From assembly GCA_951406725.2 (NCBI GenBank), contig OX597814.1, forward strand, positions 196,478,001-196,542,000: a DNA stretch of 64,000 bases, read 5' to 3'. This document shows positions 26,527 to 40,787 of the stretch, piece by piece. Position 1 is the first letter of the stretch. Every line of letters starts with the position of its first letter. A model generated the notes under the pieces. That model was given only the letters and a program-made list of their open reading frames with translations. It was not told where the DNA came from and did no database searches. Made by a program: the position numbers and the translations under genes. The stretch is from Octopus vulgaris (Eukaryota).

Positions 26527-26775
26527 TTTACTTTTTTACTTGTTTCAGTCATTTGACAGTGGCCATGCTGGAGCAATGCCTTTAGTCAAGCAAATCGACC
26601 CCAGGAATTATTCTTTGTAAGCCTAGTACTTATTCTATCGGTCTATTTTGCCGAACTGCTAAGTTACGGAGACGTAAACACACCACTATCGGCTGACAAA
26701 CGATGTTGGGGAGACAATCACAGACACACAAACAGATATACACACACAGACACACACACACACACAAACACACAT

Positions 26776-26873
<98 letters not shown>

Positions 26874-27037
26874 GACGGGCTTCTTTCGGTTTTCTGTCTA
26901 CCAAATTCACTCACAAGGCTTTGATCGGCCCCATGCTATAGTAGAGGACACTTGCTCGAGGTGCCACGCAGTGGGACTGAACCCGGAACCATGTGGTGGT
27001 AAGCAAGCCACTTACCACACAGCCACTCCTACGCCTA
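26527..27037 (-). mobile_element. SINE family A, full length with expanded internal (CA)n(TA)n
   Basis: Head and tail both present. Confidence 0.9.
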
Positions 27038-27710
27038 GTATCGACTTACTGAAAATAGCAGCTAGAAATTACCTCATATAGTAGTCTACTGTTCTTATTA
27101 AGGAAAAGACACTTCAGATAATGCAGGATACCTAAACATAAGAGAAGAGCCCTAATTAGAACAGATTTCATAATTCGTCTTCTTCGACGGGGGCTAACCG
27201 GGATTTAAAGAACAACGACAAACTACAGCGGACTTTTACTGCTTTATAATTCTCCATTATATTCTCATGAATCTACAGTAATATTTATATCCACACGAAA
27301 ACCTTGCACATTAAAATGGCTGCAAAGTAGAATTAAATAACAATGAAGATAGAATAGCTTTAAGTTTCCTTCACGTTAATCTGTTTTTCTTGCTAATAAT
27401 ATTTACACATGATACTTATGAAATTTTCTGCTTATTGTGTTGCTTTTAACAATTTTGAATTTTACAACCTTAAATATTTTTTCTTATCAATTTTTTTTAA
27501 TACTAAAAGGCTATAATATTCACATATTTTACACAATGGCTTTACACATATTTAACTAAATCGATGATTCGTAAAGAATGTCTTAAGTATAAAGAGATCA
27601 GAAATAAAAAAAATTCAATAGATTTTTTTTTCTTTCGAATTGGGATATTGCATAAAATATCACACACAATGCAGGCAAGGCGGCTTCCACGGACTCTGAT
27701 CAACCATATA

Positions 27711-27929
27711 CTCTTTTACTCTTTTACTCTTTTACTTGATTCAGTCATATGTGTGTGGCTATGCTGGAGCACCACCTTTAGTCGAGCAAATCGGCCCCCA
27801 GGAATTATTCTTTGTAAGCCTAGTACTTATTCTATCGGCCCTTTTGCCGAACCGCTAGGTTACGGGGACGTAAACACACGAGAATCGGTTGTCCAGCGAT
27901 GTTGGGGGGGGACAAACACAGACACACAA

Positions 27930-27980
<51 letters not shown>

Positions 27981-28149
27981 AACATATATACGACGGACTT
28001 CTTTCAGTTTCTTTCGACCAAATCCACTCATAAGGCTTTGGTTGGCCCGAGGCTATAGTAGAAGATACTTGCCCAAGGTACCACGCAGTGGGACTGAACC
28101 CGGAACCATGTGGTTGGCAAGCAAGCTACTTACCACATAGCCGCTTCAC
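27711..28149 (-). mobile_element. SINE family A, full length
   Basis: Head and tail both present. Confidence 0.9.
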
Positions 28150-28610
28150 CTAATATCAGCAATTTTGACGATTGTCCCAACTAAAATAGAGATAAAATAT
28201 TTGCAGCACACACGCACGCACACATACACACACACACACGCGCAAACACACACCTACGCACGTACGCACACAAATGTCCAATACCAGTCATATGACTATC
28301 TTCTACCTATAAAATCCTATTCAAAACATACTCATCTGAGCCATGGATTCCCTATAAAAAACAGGGCAAAACTTCAAACACTAGTCAGAAGTAAGTCAGC
28401 TGCGACACAAATCACGTCTTTCTATTTGAACTTTTTGAAAATCAATGTAAATTGTGAAATCCGTTAACGCTTCAAATATTTTAATAAAAATTATTTTAAC
28501 TATTCCCTCTGTGCCTTTTCAGCTTCTATTTTTCCTATATATATATATATATATATATATGGACCAAAGTCCTTCTTAAGAACAAATATATTTTCATATA
28601 AATTAAACAT

Positions 28611-28647
28611 TATATCATGAATAGCGATAGCGAAACCGGTCGATATA
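28611..28647 (+). ncRNA. 37-nt minimal hammerhead motif with an A3-U8 core variant
   Basis: TATATC-ATGAATA-GC GATA GC-GAA-ACCGGT-C-GATATA within a 200-bp insert (28561-28760) in (TA)n. Confidence 0.65.
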
Positions 28648-28758
28648 TTAAAAATTATATTAAAACCATGTAAGTGTGCGTATTTTCCTTTTTTAATTTC
28701 TTATATACATTAAAATCCACCACGTGGGGACAACCGAAATTCATCTTTTCTGTTACTA

Positions 28759-28881
<123 letters not shown>

Positions 28882-30065
28882 CATAAATATATATATATAT
28901 ATATATGTATGTATATATATATGTATATATGTATATGTATATATATGTATTATATATATATATGTGTATGTGTGTGTCTGTGAGTGTGTGTATCCACATG
29001 TGTGCGCATCGTTCCTTTTTTAATGCTCTGTTTACTTGTTTCCGTTACCGGTTAACTCAGGCGTCGGTTGAACAAATAGATCTCAGGACTTCCCTTTATT
29101 CCATCGGACTCTTCTACCAAACAGACAAGCGAAAACGGTTTGTGAGGCGGTGTGGAACAAATAGCCCGGAAAGCTATTTTCTACAGCAAGAGCCGCTTCT
29201 GTAGCCCTTACTACAGGAATCGCTCTTGCTATAAACATTCTCTGGTAATGTTACGGCACTTGACAGCTAAATTTGAAGCAACCGTTCGACTTAACAAGTT
29301 AGTACTGTTGCTGAATTTGCGAAGCTTCCATCAAAGAAGGTCTCTTGAAATTTGTCAATTAATTGTGAAGAATGAATGCGCAATGGTACACAAGATCATC
29401 CTTGAAGAATTGGATTTGCCATTGAGAGATATGAGTAAAACCATTCGCATTCTGTATCAAATACCACCGCAGCTTGTAGGCAGTTTCTGTCAAATTTTGC
29501 ACGATACAACAAATGATCGTAGGGCTTACCTCAAAGCGTCATCTCTCTCTCTGCATCGTTGGCAGTTCATTAATGCTGTCAACTAATTTGAGAACTGTTA
29601 TTGAAATAGGTGGGAAAACAGGTGATTATACCAATGTATTACTTTAAATTGGCTATAGTAAATTCTCAGCTGACAACGATTGATTAATACAAGTATAAAT
29701 ATGGAAACTAACATCCAGAGTTAAATGAGAGGACTCTCAAATTCTGTCCAAATATCCGTCTCTTACTTCAATGTCCACAAATAAATTTCAGAACCACGAA
29801 TACTATTGCTCATAAAGAAAACGGTAAATATTTCAAATATTTGGATCTTCTTCCGGGGGAGTTCATTACAGACAAATCATTGGATTTTGGACAAAATCTC
29901 TCTACATTAGTGAATAACCTCAGAACTTTAAATTCACATACCATTCAGGAATTCCAGCGTAACATCGAAACTAGATGAAAGATATATATGTTTAAGGAGC
30001 AAAGAATAGAAGAATTTATGAATACATACACACATATGTGTATATATGTGTATATATATATATAT

Positions 30066-30134
<69 letters not shown>

Positions 30135-30135
<1 letters not shown>

Positions 30136-30466
30136 TTAGGACCCCCTTCGGTCATGAATGACCATGGGATTGCACCTAGAAAGTTACCTTCCTAGATACA
30201 AGTCCGGGCAAGGTTGTTTATGGAAGGCCAGCAGTCGCCCATGCATACCAGCCTCCCCTCTTCACGCCACCAGTGTTATCCAAGGGAAAGACAAAGGTCG
30301 ATACAGCTTGGCACCTGTGACGTCGCAACTCATTTCTACAGCTGAGTGAACTGGAGCAACGTGAAATAAAGTGCCTTGCTCGAGAACACAACACGCAGCC
30401 CGGTCCGGGATTCGAGCTCACAACCTCACGATCGTAAGCTCGACGCTCTAACCACTGAGCCATGCA
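30135..30466 (-). mobile_element. SINE family D (tRNA head, CORE-like domain)
   Basis: GCATGGCTCAGTGGTTAGAGC...GCTCGAATCCC...CTCGAGCAAGGCACTTTA; inserted in (TA)n. Confidence 0.85.
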
Positions 30467-31195
30467 TATATATATAACCACACATTCATTTCTGTGCCTA
30501 TATTTTCTTAGACCCCTCTATATCTTTCGAACTGCACTGAGAATCGCCAGGTAGCCAATAGGAAACATCCGTAAGTTATAAAATCTAACATTTTGACTGA
30601 TTGTACGGCGGATGTTACCATCTTTATGACAAGAACTCCTTGGATTCCGACAGGTACTCATCCATTTTAAACAACTTCAAATTTCTAGATGCCTTCCATT
30701 TGTATAAATGTCAAATGGTATAAGTACAAAATTTCAGAATAGCTGGAATAAAATTGGAACGTATTACTTTATGCCGGTGATGCTCTCTTTGTTGTCAACA
30801 CAGCAGATATTTCTTCATTCTAGCTTCTGACAGAAAAATAGACACACACACACACGCACACATACGAAAAAAAACCCCACTAAATATATTATCTATTTTA
30901 ACGTCAAAAACTGGAATAGTTATTAGAAAAGTTTCTGCTTAAGAAATTATATTTTTTCAAAGTAATTACAGAAGTTTGTGAAATATATTTTAAAAAAATA
31001 TCTTCGAAAATAAGAAAATAATGTGAGAGTGAAATTTCATTTTAAATTCTATATTTATCTTTTTATCATTTAGTTCATTGGTACCGTCATGAATGGTTAA
31101 GTCAAACAAATGAATTCAGCACTTAATTTTCAGCTCTGTTCTTAATCTTGCGGGGCTTTTGTCGAACTGATAGTTGACGAGAAGACAAGAAAATA

Positions 31196-31530
<335 letters not shown>

Positions 31531-31574
31531 ATATATGTATATATATATATGTGTGTGTGTGTGTGTATGATATA

Positions 31575-32378
31575 TGGGAGAGGGTGTTAGAACACCTACA
31601 ATGCTAGAAATAAGAGCTAAAGTGCTGTGAGGCTACAGTCAACACACATAATTTTATACAGTAATCCCTCGACTCTCGCGGGTGTTACGTTTCAGAATCC
31701 CTCGTGATAGGTAAAAATCCGCGAAGTAGAAACAGTACTGTGTATATATATTTTATTATCTTTATCATTTGTATAAACTTATTCTGTCATAAATTCAATA
31801 GAACTCCATGGAGGAATCGGTGCAAGCTTAAATAATAAACCATTATAGGTGAGGGGCGATACAACCGCGATATGGCGATGATTACTGTACATACATACTG
31901 GCAGTTACCGTAAACGACCGAACGTGGCAGTCGTGATATCTCGGCACCGTCGGCGATTTGTGCTTTAAGACCCAAGCCTCATCGGCAGGATGAGCACAAC
32001 TTACTAATTTCCGGACGAGATCGCCTGCAGTATTTATGTCTACTCCATAGAAATCGATGGATGGTTTAGCGAACCGTTAATGTGTATAGGCAGCTGTTTA
32101 GCAATGATTCACCAAAAAAGGAAAACTATAATTGCCATTAAATATGGCAGAGGATGTTAGAACACCATACAATGATAGAAAGGATAGCTAAAGTGCTTTG
32201 ATACTGCAGTCAACGCACATAATTATATGCATACATACATACTGGCACTGACCGTAAACGGCCGAAATTTGGCAGCCGTGATATACCTGGACCGCCAATG
32301 GTATCAGCTAAAACACCGAAGCCTCAATGGCAGGGTAGGCAAAACTCGCCAGTTTCCAGACGAGATCACCAGCAGTAT
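31575..32378 (+). repeat. Diverged ~340-bp tandem unit (partial copies), with an inverted copy at ~33110-33420
   Basis: agagggtgttagaacacc at 31580 and 32149; catacatactggca at 31889 and 32233; reverse-complement match at 33110-33420. Confidence 0.7.
31659..31740 (+). mobile_element. pogo/Tigger-like terminal fragment
   Basis: TA|CAGTAATCCCTCGAC...CGCGGGTGTTACGTT. Confidence 0.5.
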
Positions 32379-32380
32379 AT

Positions 32381-32745
32381 ACTCTTTACTCTTTTACTTT
32401 TTTCAGTCATTTGACTGCGGCCATGCTGGAGCACCGCCTTTAATCGAGCAACTCGACCCCGGGACTTATTCTTTTGTAAGCCCTTTACTTATTCTATCGG
32501 TCTCTTTTTGCCGAACCGTTAAGTGACGGGGACATAAACACACAAGCATCGGTTGTCAAGCAATGCTAGGGGGACAAACACAGACACACAAACACACACA
32601 CGAATATATATATACATATAAACGACGGGCTTCTTTCAGTTTCCCTCTACCAAATGCACTCACAAGGCTTTGGTCGGTCCGAGACTATAGTAGAAGACAC
32701 TTGTCCAAGGTGCCACTTGCCCAAGGTGCCACTTGCTCAAGGTGT
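32381..32745 (-). mobile_element. SINE family A, 5'-truncated
   Basis: Family similarity; CACTTGNNCAAGGTG reiterated three times at the truncation. Confidence 0.85.
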
Positions 32746-33443
32746 CTATCCCATACAAATCCAATTTAAATAGTTACCTAAATTAGTTATTTTTATACAA
32801 AACTTAGATAAAAGTTAGATATGTTTCGACCAAAGATTAGTCCAGGCCATGACTAATTAAATAGCACCACCTGATTGGATTATCTAAATCCTTTTTAAGT
32901 CAAGTTTAGTTTATTGTCCATTCAAGTAGTGCGTTCTTGTTGAGTGAGTTGTATCCATGTAAGGGTGGCTTATCTGGTATTCCTTGAAGAAATCTGATCA
33001 GACTCCGTTTAAAGGCGATGGAATGCTTTTCCTATATAATCAGTTTTGGGACAATGTTTAACAGGGCAGGTCCTGTTGAGGAAAAGAAATTATGTCGCAG
33101 TGTACCTGATTCGCTAAATGATCCATAGATTTCTCTGAAATAGACATATGTACTGGTGGGGATCACATTCAGAAACTAGCGAGTTGTGTCGACCTTGCGG
33201 ATGAAGCTTAGGTCTTGAAACCGAATGACGGTCCAGTGATATCGCGACTGCGATTTTGGGCCGTTTGCGGTCGCTATCAGTTTGTATGTGGTTAACCACA
33301 ACATCAGAGCAGTTTAGCTCTTATTTCTAGCATTGTAGGATTTCTAATACTCTTTGGCATATTTATTGAAAATTAGCTTTCCTTTTCAGTAATAAATTGC
33401 TAAACAGCTACCTAATTTACTTAAATATATATAGGCATGTATA

Positions 33444-33508
<65 letters not shown>

Positions 33509-33659
33509 ATATTAAATCACCTTACTTCCAGCTGTGCGGATGATACCGGACTGACTTGGTGCTTCAAATTAAGTACCTAATTCAATTAAATAATAATTAT
33601 TTCTTATATATATATATGTATATATATATATATCGGAGTGCTTCCATATATATATATAA

Positions 33660-33917
33660 CCCTTTTCTAACCTTTTGCCTGTTTCAGTCTTTTGACTACG
33701 GTCAAGCTGGATCACCGCCTTTATTCGCGCAAATTGACCCAGGACTCGTTCTTTTGTAAGCCTAGTACTTATTTTATCGGTGTCTTTTGTCGAACCGCTA
33801 AGTTACGAGGAGGTAAACACACCAGCATCGGTTGTCAAGCGATGTTCGGAGGACAAACACAGACACACAAACTTACATATATATATATGTATACATATAT
33901 AAAACGCGCTTCTTTCG
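33660..33917 (-). mobile_element. SINE family A 3' part
   Basis: Family similarity. Confidence 0.8.
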
Positions 33918-34077
33918 GTAAGGTAATCTAGTCCTCTACATCAACCCCAATACTTTATTGATACTTTATTTAATCAAGTCCGAAGTATCAAAAACAAAGT
34001 TCAGCTGAAAACGTAAATTGTCGGAAAATATACGGTAACCATGTGCCCGGTACTTCAACGATTCTCCCATGTCGTCG

Positions 34078-34147
<70 letters not shown>

Positions 34148-35360
34148 CGTATCTATATATCTATCTATCTATCTATCTATATATCTATCTATCTATCTAT
34201 CTATCTATCAATCGATCTGCCTGTCTATCTATCTATAAGGCTTTATTTCCACACACGCCAGCTTAATTTAATTCGTCCTTACTCGAAAAGACACCTGTTG
34301 TTATGTCCTGTTATTATTTTTATTGCATTTGGGTAATATTTTCCGTTTTTTATCTGTCCTTGCTTTTGTATACATTCGCTGCTTTCTTCCAAGGAATCTA
34401 ATGCTCTTAGCTTAGTTTTTCCTTGGGTCTCGTCAGATTGGAACAATCGCGAGTATAATCAGCCGAAATTGCTAAGATAATTTGGTACTCGACTGAGGAA
34501 AGAAAACTTCGAATGACCCATCCTTGGTTTCTTTGTATCGTTTATCTGGATATGTTTTTGTCTCCTTTTTGTAATGAGCTAACAGTTCGGAAGTTTTGCG
34601 TTCTTGTCCCATTTTGTGTATATCTCTTATTATAAAAGGCAGATTTTATCTGCCTCCCTTTGGGAGTTATACAAATCTACAATATAGGATTTCTTCAATT
34701 ACAATTTACCTAGCATTTTTAAGAGTACAATGCATCGCGTCATGCCAGGTCCAGTTTTTAAAATTTAAACTCCAATTAAGCAACATTTACAGAAAACTCA
34801 CATTCTGGTGTGTGTGTCAAATGCTTTTCTTAGTCTGGTTTACACCACACGCAAACGCACACACACAGTATGCAATGAATAAACTGAAACTAATTCACTG
34901 TGTGTTGACAGGTAGAAAATAGAATGCGATAGCGATGGCTATGGCGATGGCGATGTAATATTTGTTTTTTTCTATGACGCTCATAAAAGCATTGATGTAC
35001 ATGTGTGCGTGCGTGAGTGTGTGTGTGTCATTCCTCACACACACGCATACACATACATATATGACAGTGGCAAACACAAACGTTTCAAACAACTACATAC
35101 CAACACGTGTGTGTTTGTTATTAGTAAAAAAAGGCGCCAAAACACAACTCACTTATCATTCCAACACATTTGCAAAGACACACGGACGGTTGAATAACAA
35201 TACAGAAAAGGTAAATTGGTTTTTATTTTACTCTGTATATATTTTATTATATAATATTATATATAGATATATGTATATATAATTGCAGTATGAAACAGTG
35301 TTTATGTATAAACAGACGACACTTATATATAGTTATTAATAAATGTATGCATCCGTTTAA

Positions 35361-36176
35361 CCCTTTCGTTACCAAACCGCCCGAAAAAAATGTTGGTTAA
35401 TGTGACCAAGCCGCCCGAATTTACCTATTCATATTTAAATGAGAATATCAGAGTAAATCTCTTTAGAACATTCGTGAAAACACGTATTATACTTCGTAAA
35501 CAGTTCAACTACAGTTTTGTACAAAAATCGAAGTGTAATTTTAATTCCATGAATTATGGGATATTTTTTCCCGAAATTTGTTCCTATTGTGTTTTCAAAA
35601 TTTGTAATTCTGACAAAAAATGGATACGAATTTCATTATATCAAGCAGCGAGTCAGAATTCGAAGGATTTTCTACTGAAGACCTTCATAAATCTAACTCT
35701 ATGACTGAAAAAAAAAACCATGTGGTATTTGATCTCAACCTAAACAAAGCGAAAGAAACGATAGTTTGTTATTTCCCACAACCTTAAATGAAATTAAGGC
35801 CTATTTTGCCATAAATATTATTATGGGTATTAGAAAGTAACCCAGAATAACAAATTCTATCGTAAAATTTTGTTGTATACCCAATTGAATAATAACCCAT
35901 TTTCTATAGCAATGTTTGAACAAAATTTTAATAATTTTATATATTGTTGAATTTACCTGTATCTACCTGCAATTAGAGTCACTTTGTGACAAAAATTATA
36001 GTATAGAATTGGTTGAGAACATTTCACTAAATTATCTTCCAAAAATCAGATTAATATATTCATAAATAAAAAAGTTATAGTTGTTTAATGAAACCAGACT
36101 AAATTTATGATTACGTTAGAAATTAATTGAAACACATAAGGGGTGTATCCTGGTCAGAAATATAGTAACGAAAGGG
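35361..36176. mobile_element. Non-autonomous piggyBac-type element (816 bp)
   Basis: TTAA|CCCTTTCGTTAC...GTAACGAAAGGG|TTAA. Confidence 0.88.
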
Positions 36177-36288
36177 TTAAGAAAAACCAAAAAATATTTT
36201 ATTCTTTGTAAATGTTGTGTTCAAAATAACATTTTCTGTTAAGAATGTGTATATAACAAAGTATGTGCATATAACTACGTGGCTTATA

Positions 36289-36686
36289 TCTTTATATATA
36301 AGAGTGAAGTTGTGTGTCTGTCTCCTACGATTTAGATTCGTAACTACTCCCACATTTTGCGGTGCAGTTTAACCAAAAGCGGGTATCTTATAGTCGTGAT
36401 TCATATCGAGCCCTTCTGGGTATTAGCGCGCGTCTACGATGAGTCTACGATTTAAAAATAATTTACCATCATATTTTTCCATTTTAATGCATATTTTTCG
36501 TTATTATATAAGGGAAGTAACTCTCTAAAAATATCTACGATGTGTCAACGATTTAAAAAAAAAATTACCTTAATTTTTTTTCAATTTTTAATGCATTTTT
36601 TTCCTATTTTTTGGCTATAACTCTCTAAAAATGCTTATATAGTTATTTCCCTTACAAACCCGAGCAACGCCGAGCGATACTGCTAG
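36289..36686 (+). mobile_element. Non-autonomous Helitron (second copy)
   Basis: TC...CTAG between A and T; highly similar to 8937-9340. Confidence 0.85.
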
Positions 36687-36696
36687 TATATATATA

Positions 36697-37031
36697 TATA
36701 TATGAAAAAACAAGTCAAAAACAGAAAATGCTAAAATAATTTTATAGTGAACATTTCAGTACCGGTTTCGGTCATTTTGAGACCTTTTCAACTGTAACGA
36801 TTAAATAATTAAATTTAGAAAAATTAGAAGAAAAGTTTTTTTAAAGGAATATTTCTATAGTAGTGTTCAGATATAAGTGGCATTCTGCCTTTCTCTGACT
36901 CCCTTGTTTGTACTTGTGTGTTGGAGGTCGTTACAGTTGAAAAGGTCTCAAAATGATAGAAACCGGTACTGAAATGTTCACTATAAAATTATTTTAGCAT
37001 TTTCTATTTTTGACTTGTTTTTTCATATATA
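36697..37031. repeat. Inverted repeat with ~105-bp arms carrying a hammerhead motif
   Basis: 36697-36800 is the reverse complement of 36928-37031. Confidence 0.85.
36752..36799 (-). ncRNA. Minimal hammerhead motif with a U3-A8 core variant
   Basis: CGTTACAG-TTGAAAA-GGTC tcaaaat GACC-GAA-ACCGGT-A-CTGAAATG. Confidence 0.7.
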
Positions 37032-37054
37032 TCAACTCGTGTGTTCCTTTTCAC

Positions 37055-37117
<63 letters not shown>

Positions 37118-37339
37118 TACATATATATCGTTATTACAAACACAAACACAAGAAAAAAACAACAACGTGAGGGCGTGATACATGCAAAGTATTAGCAGAC
37201 GCTCAGGGAAGGACAGAAAGGTAGTTTTACGCTTCGGGCAAACTTCAGGAACAAGAGACAGGAAAGTCCAAGAGAAAAGGAAGACGGAGGAAAAAATGGT
37301 TACATTTTGAAATGTGTATATATATATATGTGTGCGTTA

Positions 37340-37387
<48 letters not shown>

Positions 37388-37643
37388 AGAAAATGTGTGG
37401 AAAGCGAACCGGTGAAAGTGTTAAGTACATTTGTATCCGTGCTGCATCTCGGACTTTTGTCAGTGAACAGGTCGCGGATTTTAGCGACGAAAATATTTTG
37501 ACAAATTAAACTTAAATGTTGAAGTGAATCGAACGGCTTTTGTGTGTTTCTTAAATGGCTTGCAAATCCCTTCCACGCTGCAATTGTTTTCGTTTCAGCA
37601 CACGATCTCAGATCAAATCACTTGCTATGCGAGTACATCTCCG

Positions 37644-37689
<46 letters not shown>

Positions 37690-38667
37690 TCAACACACAC
37701 ACTCCCGTGTGCGCGTGCAGCATATATACATGTATTCATGTATGTATGTACGTATGCGTGTATGAGTGTGTGTATTCATGTATGTATGTATGACATTCTT
37801 GAAGATTAAATGGCCATAAACTTTTTACATTGTAAAAGTCGGTGTACACTGTTTGTAGGTTAATGATGTATCCAAAACCGCATATTAGAAAAAAGAGAGG
37901 AGTTTTGTTTTAATCTCATTCTAAGTTTTAGTCCAATATTGTATTGTTTGTTCATTATATATAGGAGCCTTTTCACTTTAATAAAGATATTGACTAAAAC
38001 GTTTTAATTATCTTTCATGTAATCATTCTTGAAATGAGTAACTAAGCTTGATTTTTAGTTCAAACATTTTCTCATAATTAATTATAGCAGTGGTATCTAT
38101 TAACAGCTTACGAAAACTAATATTGCTACTATTACTCTTACAACAATTTGGACTTAATTAAAATTCCTAACAAGGTGCCAAAAGAAATATTTGCACATTA
38201 TCAATAATTTAACTGTGCTGGTCCTTGAGGAAATGAATTCACGACATGGTTTCGGTCCTCACTTTAAACCGTTAACACTATCTGACAAAAAATTCACAAG
38301 TCTGCATTCTCTATTAAGGTTGAAACTACGATATTAGTAAAAGCAAGTACTGTCTTGAGTGCTAGGATTTATAGGGACGGTGACCCTGTTTCCATGACGT
38401 ATATAGGTGACCGAGATAACAACAGTCCTCCTGAGCGAGGCGCAGTCCGTCACAGGTTTCTTTGTTTAGAGTGGAGGGACTGGAGCAACGTGAAACGATG
38501 TATTTTATCTCAAGACCATACACAGCACCCTTTCCTGTTCGGGAATCGAAACCACGAACTTGCGATTTTAATACCCCAAATGACTAGACCACATTTATTT
38601 GCTACTATATATATGCCTAGTTAAAACGAATGCCACTCATACCTCATTAATATATAAGGCAGGAATA

Positions 38668-38881
38668 ATGCGGTGAGCTGGCAGAATCGTTAGCACACGG
38701 GACAAAATGCTTGGCGGTATTTCGTCCATCTTTATATTCTGAGTTCAAATTCCACCAAAGTTAACTTTGCCTTTCATCATTTCAGGGTCGATAAAATATG
38801 TACCATTTGCGCACTGGGGTCGGCATAATCAATTACTTCTTCCCCCAAATCACTAGTCTTGTACCAAAACTTGAAACCAAT
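38668..38881 (+). mobile_element. SINE family B monomer with the alternative (older) tail
   Basis: Head GCGGTGAGCTGGCAGAATCGTTAGC; tail CTTCCCCCAAA...CTTGTACC. Confidence 0.85.
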
Positions 38882-38908
38882 ATACATTCTCCTATCCCTA
38901 TTATTATA

Positions 38909-39495
38909 GGCGGCGAGCTGAAAGAATTGTTAGCACGCCAGGCGAAATGCTTAGTGGTATTTCGTCTGCCGTTAGGTTCTGAGTTCAAATTCCACCGAGG
39001 TCAACTTTGCCATTCATCCTTTCGGGGTCGATTAAATAAGTACCAGTAACGCACTGGGGTCGATATATATAGACTTAATCTGTGTGTCTGTCCTTGTTTG
39101 TCCCCTCTGTGTTTAGCCCCTTGTGGGTAGTAAAAAATATAGGTATTTCGTCTGCCACTACGTTCCGAGTTCAAATTCCACCGAGGTCGACTATGCCTTT
39201 CATCCTTTCGAGGTCGATTAAATAAGTACCAGTTACGCACTGGGGTCGATATATATCGACTTAATCTGTGTGTCTGTCCTTGTTTGTCCCCTCTGTGTTT
39301 AGCCCCTTGTGGGTAGTAAAAAAATTGGTATTTCGTCTGCCACTACGTTCCGAGATCAAATTCCGCCGAGGTCGACTATGCCTTTCATCCTTTCGAGGTC
39401 GATAAATTAAGTACCAGTTGAGTACTGGGGTCGATGTAATCGACTTATCCCCTCCCCACAAATTCCAGGCCTTGTGCCTATAATGCAAGGGATTA
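38909..39495 (+). mobile_element. SINE family B tandem trimer
   Basis: Junctions tail|GGTATTTCGTC at 39142 and 39327; the last unit has the alternative tail. Confidence 0.9.
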
Positions 39496-40375
39496 TAATA
39501 AATCGGTGGTAGAACTGTCCAAAATAAAAGAAATGATTCTCAACGTTCCGCATTCCTTATTTTGCTTGAGAATTCGTGACAAAAGCATTAGTATTTTGTC
39601 AGATTCGTAGCTAAACTGTGCAGTACAATTATAATTCTCGGCATTTTTAGCGTTCGTGAAATTTTATGGTTAATAAATCAACGCTGCGATATATTTTTAC
39701 CCATGTACTGGTGGTGGATCTTCGTCGATCGCGATGCAGATTCAGTTATGCGACCAACTGAATTAACCATAAATATAAATAGTATAACATTTCACAGACA
39801 TGTTTACGCGTAGCGTAATTCCCAGCCAGAACCAACGTGGCGCATAATGTGATACGTCTGTTGTAACTTTTCAAATTAGACGTACAATTCATGCGATGGT
39901 TTTGTATAAATTTTCTGTCAGTCGAATTTCACTCACAATATATTGTTCCGACAGAAGCCATAGATAAGGTAATATACACAAGATTCAAGATCTCCTGATT
40001 CAAAACCAGACTTTTTAACCATTCAACTTTACTTTTCCTAACCTGTACTAATTTGCAAGCTATAAAGTTGATTTGCAACTTATTAAGCTAAAACTGTTTA
40101 ACTAGTAACACAGTCACTAAATAACCAGTCCCGTGTATTTCAGTATAATAAAATTATCGTTCATATATAATTTAGATACTTATTTTTCAACGTTAGAAAT
40201 CATATATTCGTTTACAATACGCTTGAAAAGTCATTGATTTCTGAAAGTTTATTTTATCGAAAGATATACTCAAATGATTGAACACTACTAACAATATATA
40301 ATAAATTAGATTAAATTAAATCGAGAAATTGGTGAAGAGAGAGTCTATACAATGATCTTGATAATTTTTTCGCCG

Positions 40376-40724
40376 TATATATATATATATATATATATAT
40401 ACGTATATATGTATATATATATGTATATATATATATATGTATATATATATGTATGTATATATATATGTATATATATATGTATATGTATATACATATATAT
40501 ATATATACATATATATATACATATATACATGTATATGCATATATATATGTATATATATATACATATATATATATATACATATATATATGTATATACATAT
40601 ACATACATATATACATATATATATACATACATATATATATACATATATATATATATACATATATATATATACACATACTTATATATATATATACATATAC
40701 ATATATATATACATACATATATAC

Positions 40725-40785
<61 letters not shown>
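40376..40785. repeat. Long imperfect (TA)n microsatellite
   Basis: Direct reading. Confidence 0.97.

Positions 40786-40787
<2 letters not shown>

Noticed and set aside
29152-29586. 144-aa ORF
   Set aside because: No recognisable motifs; possibly a very old transposon relic
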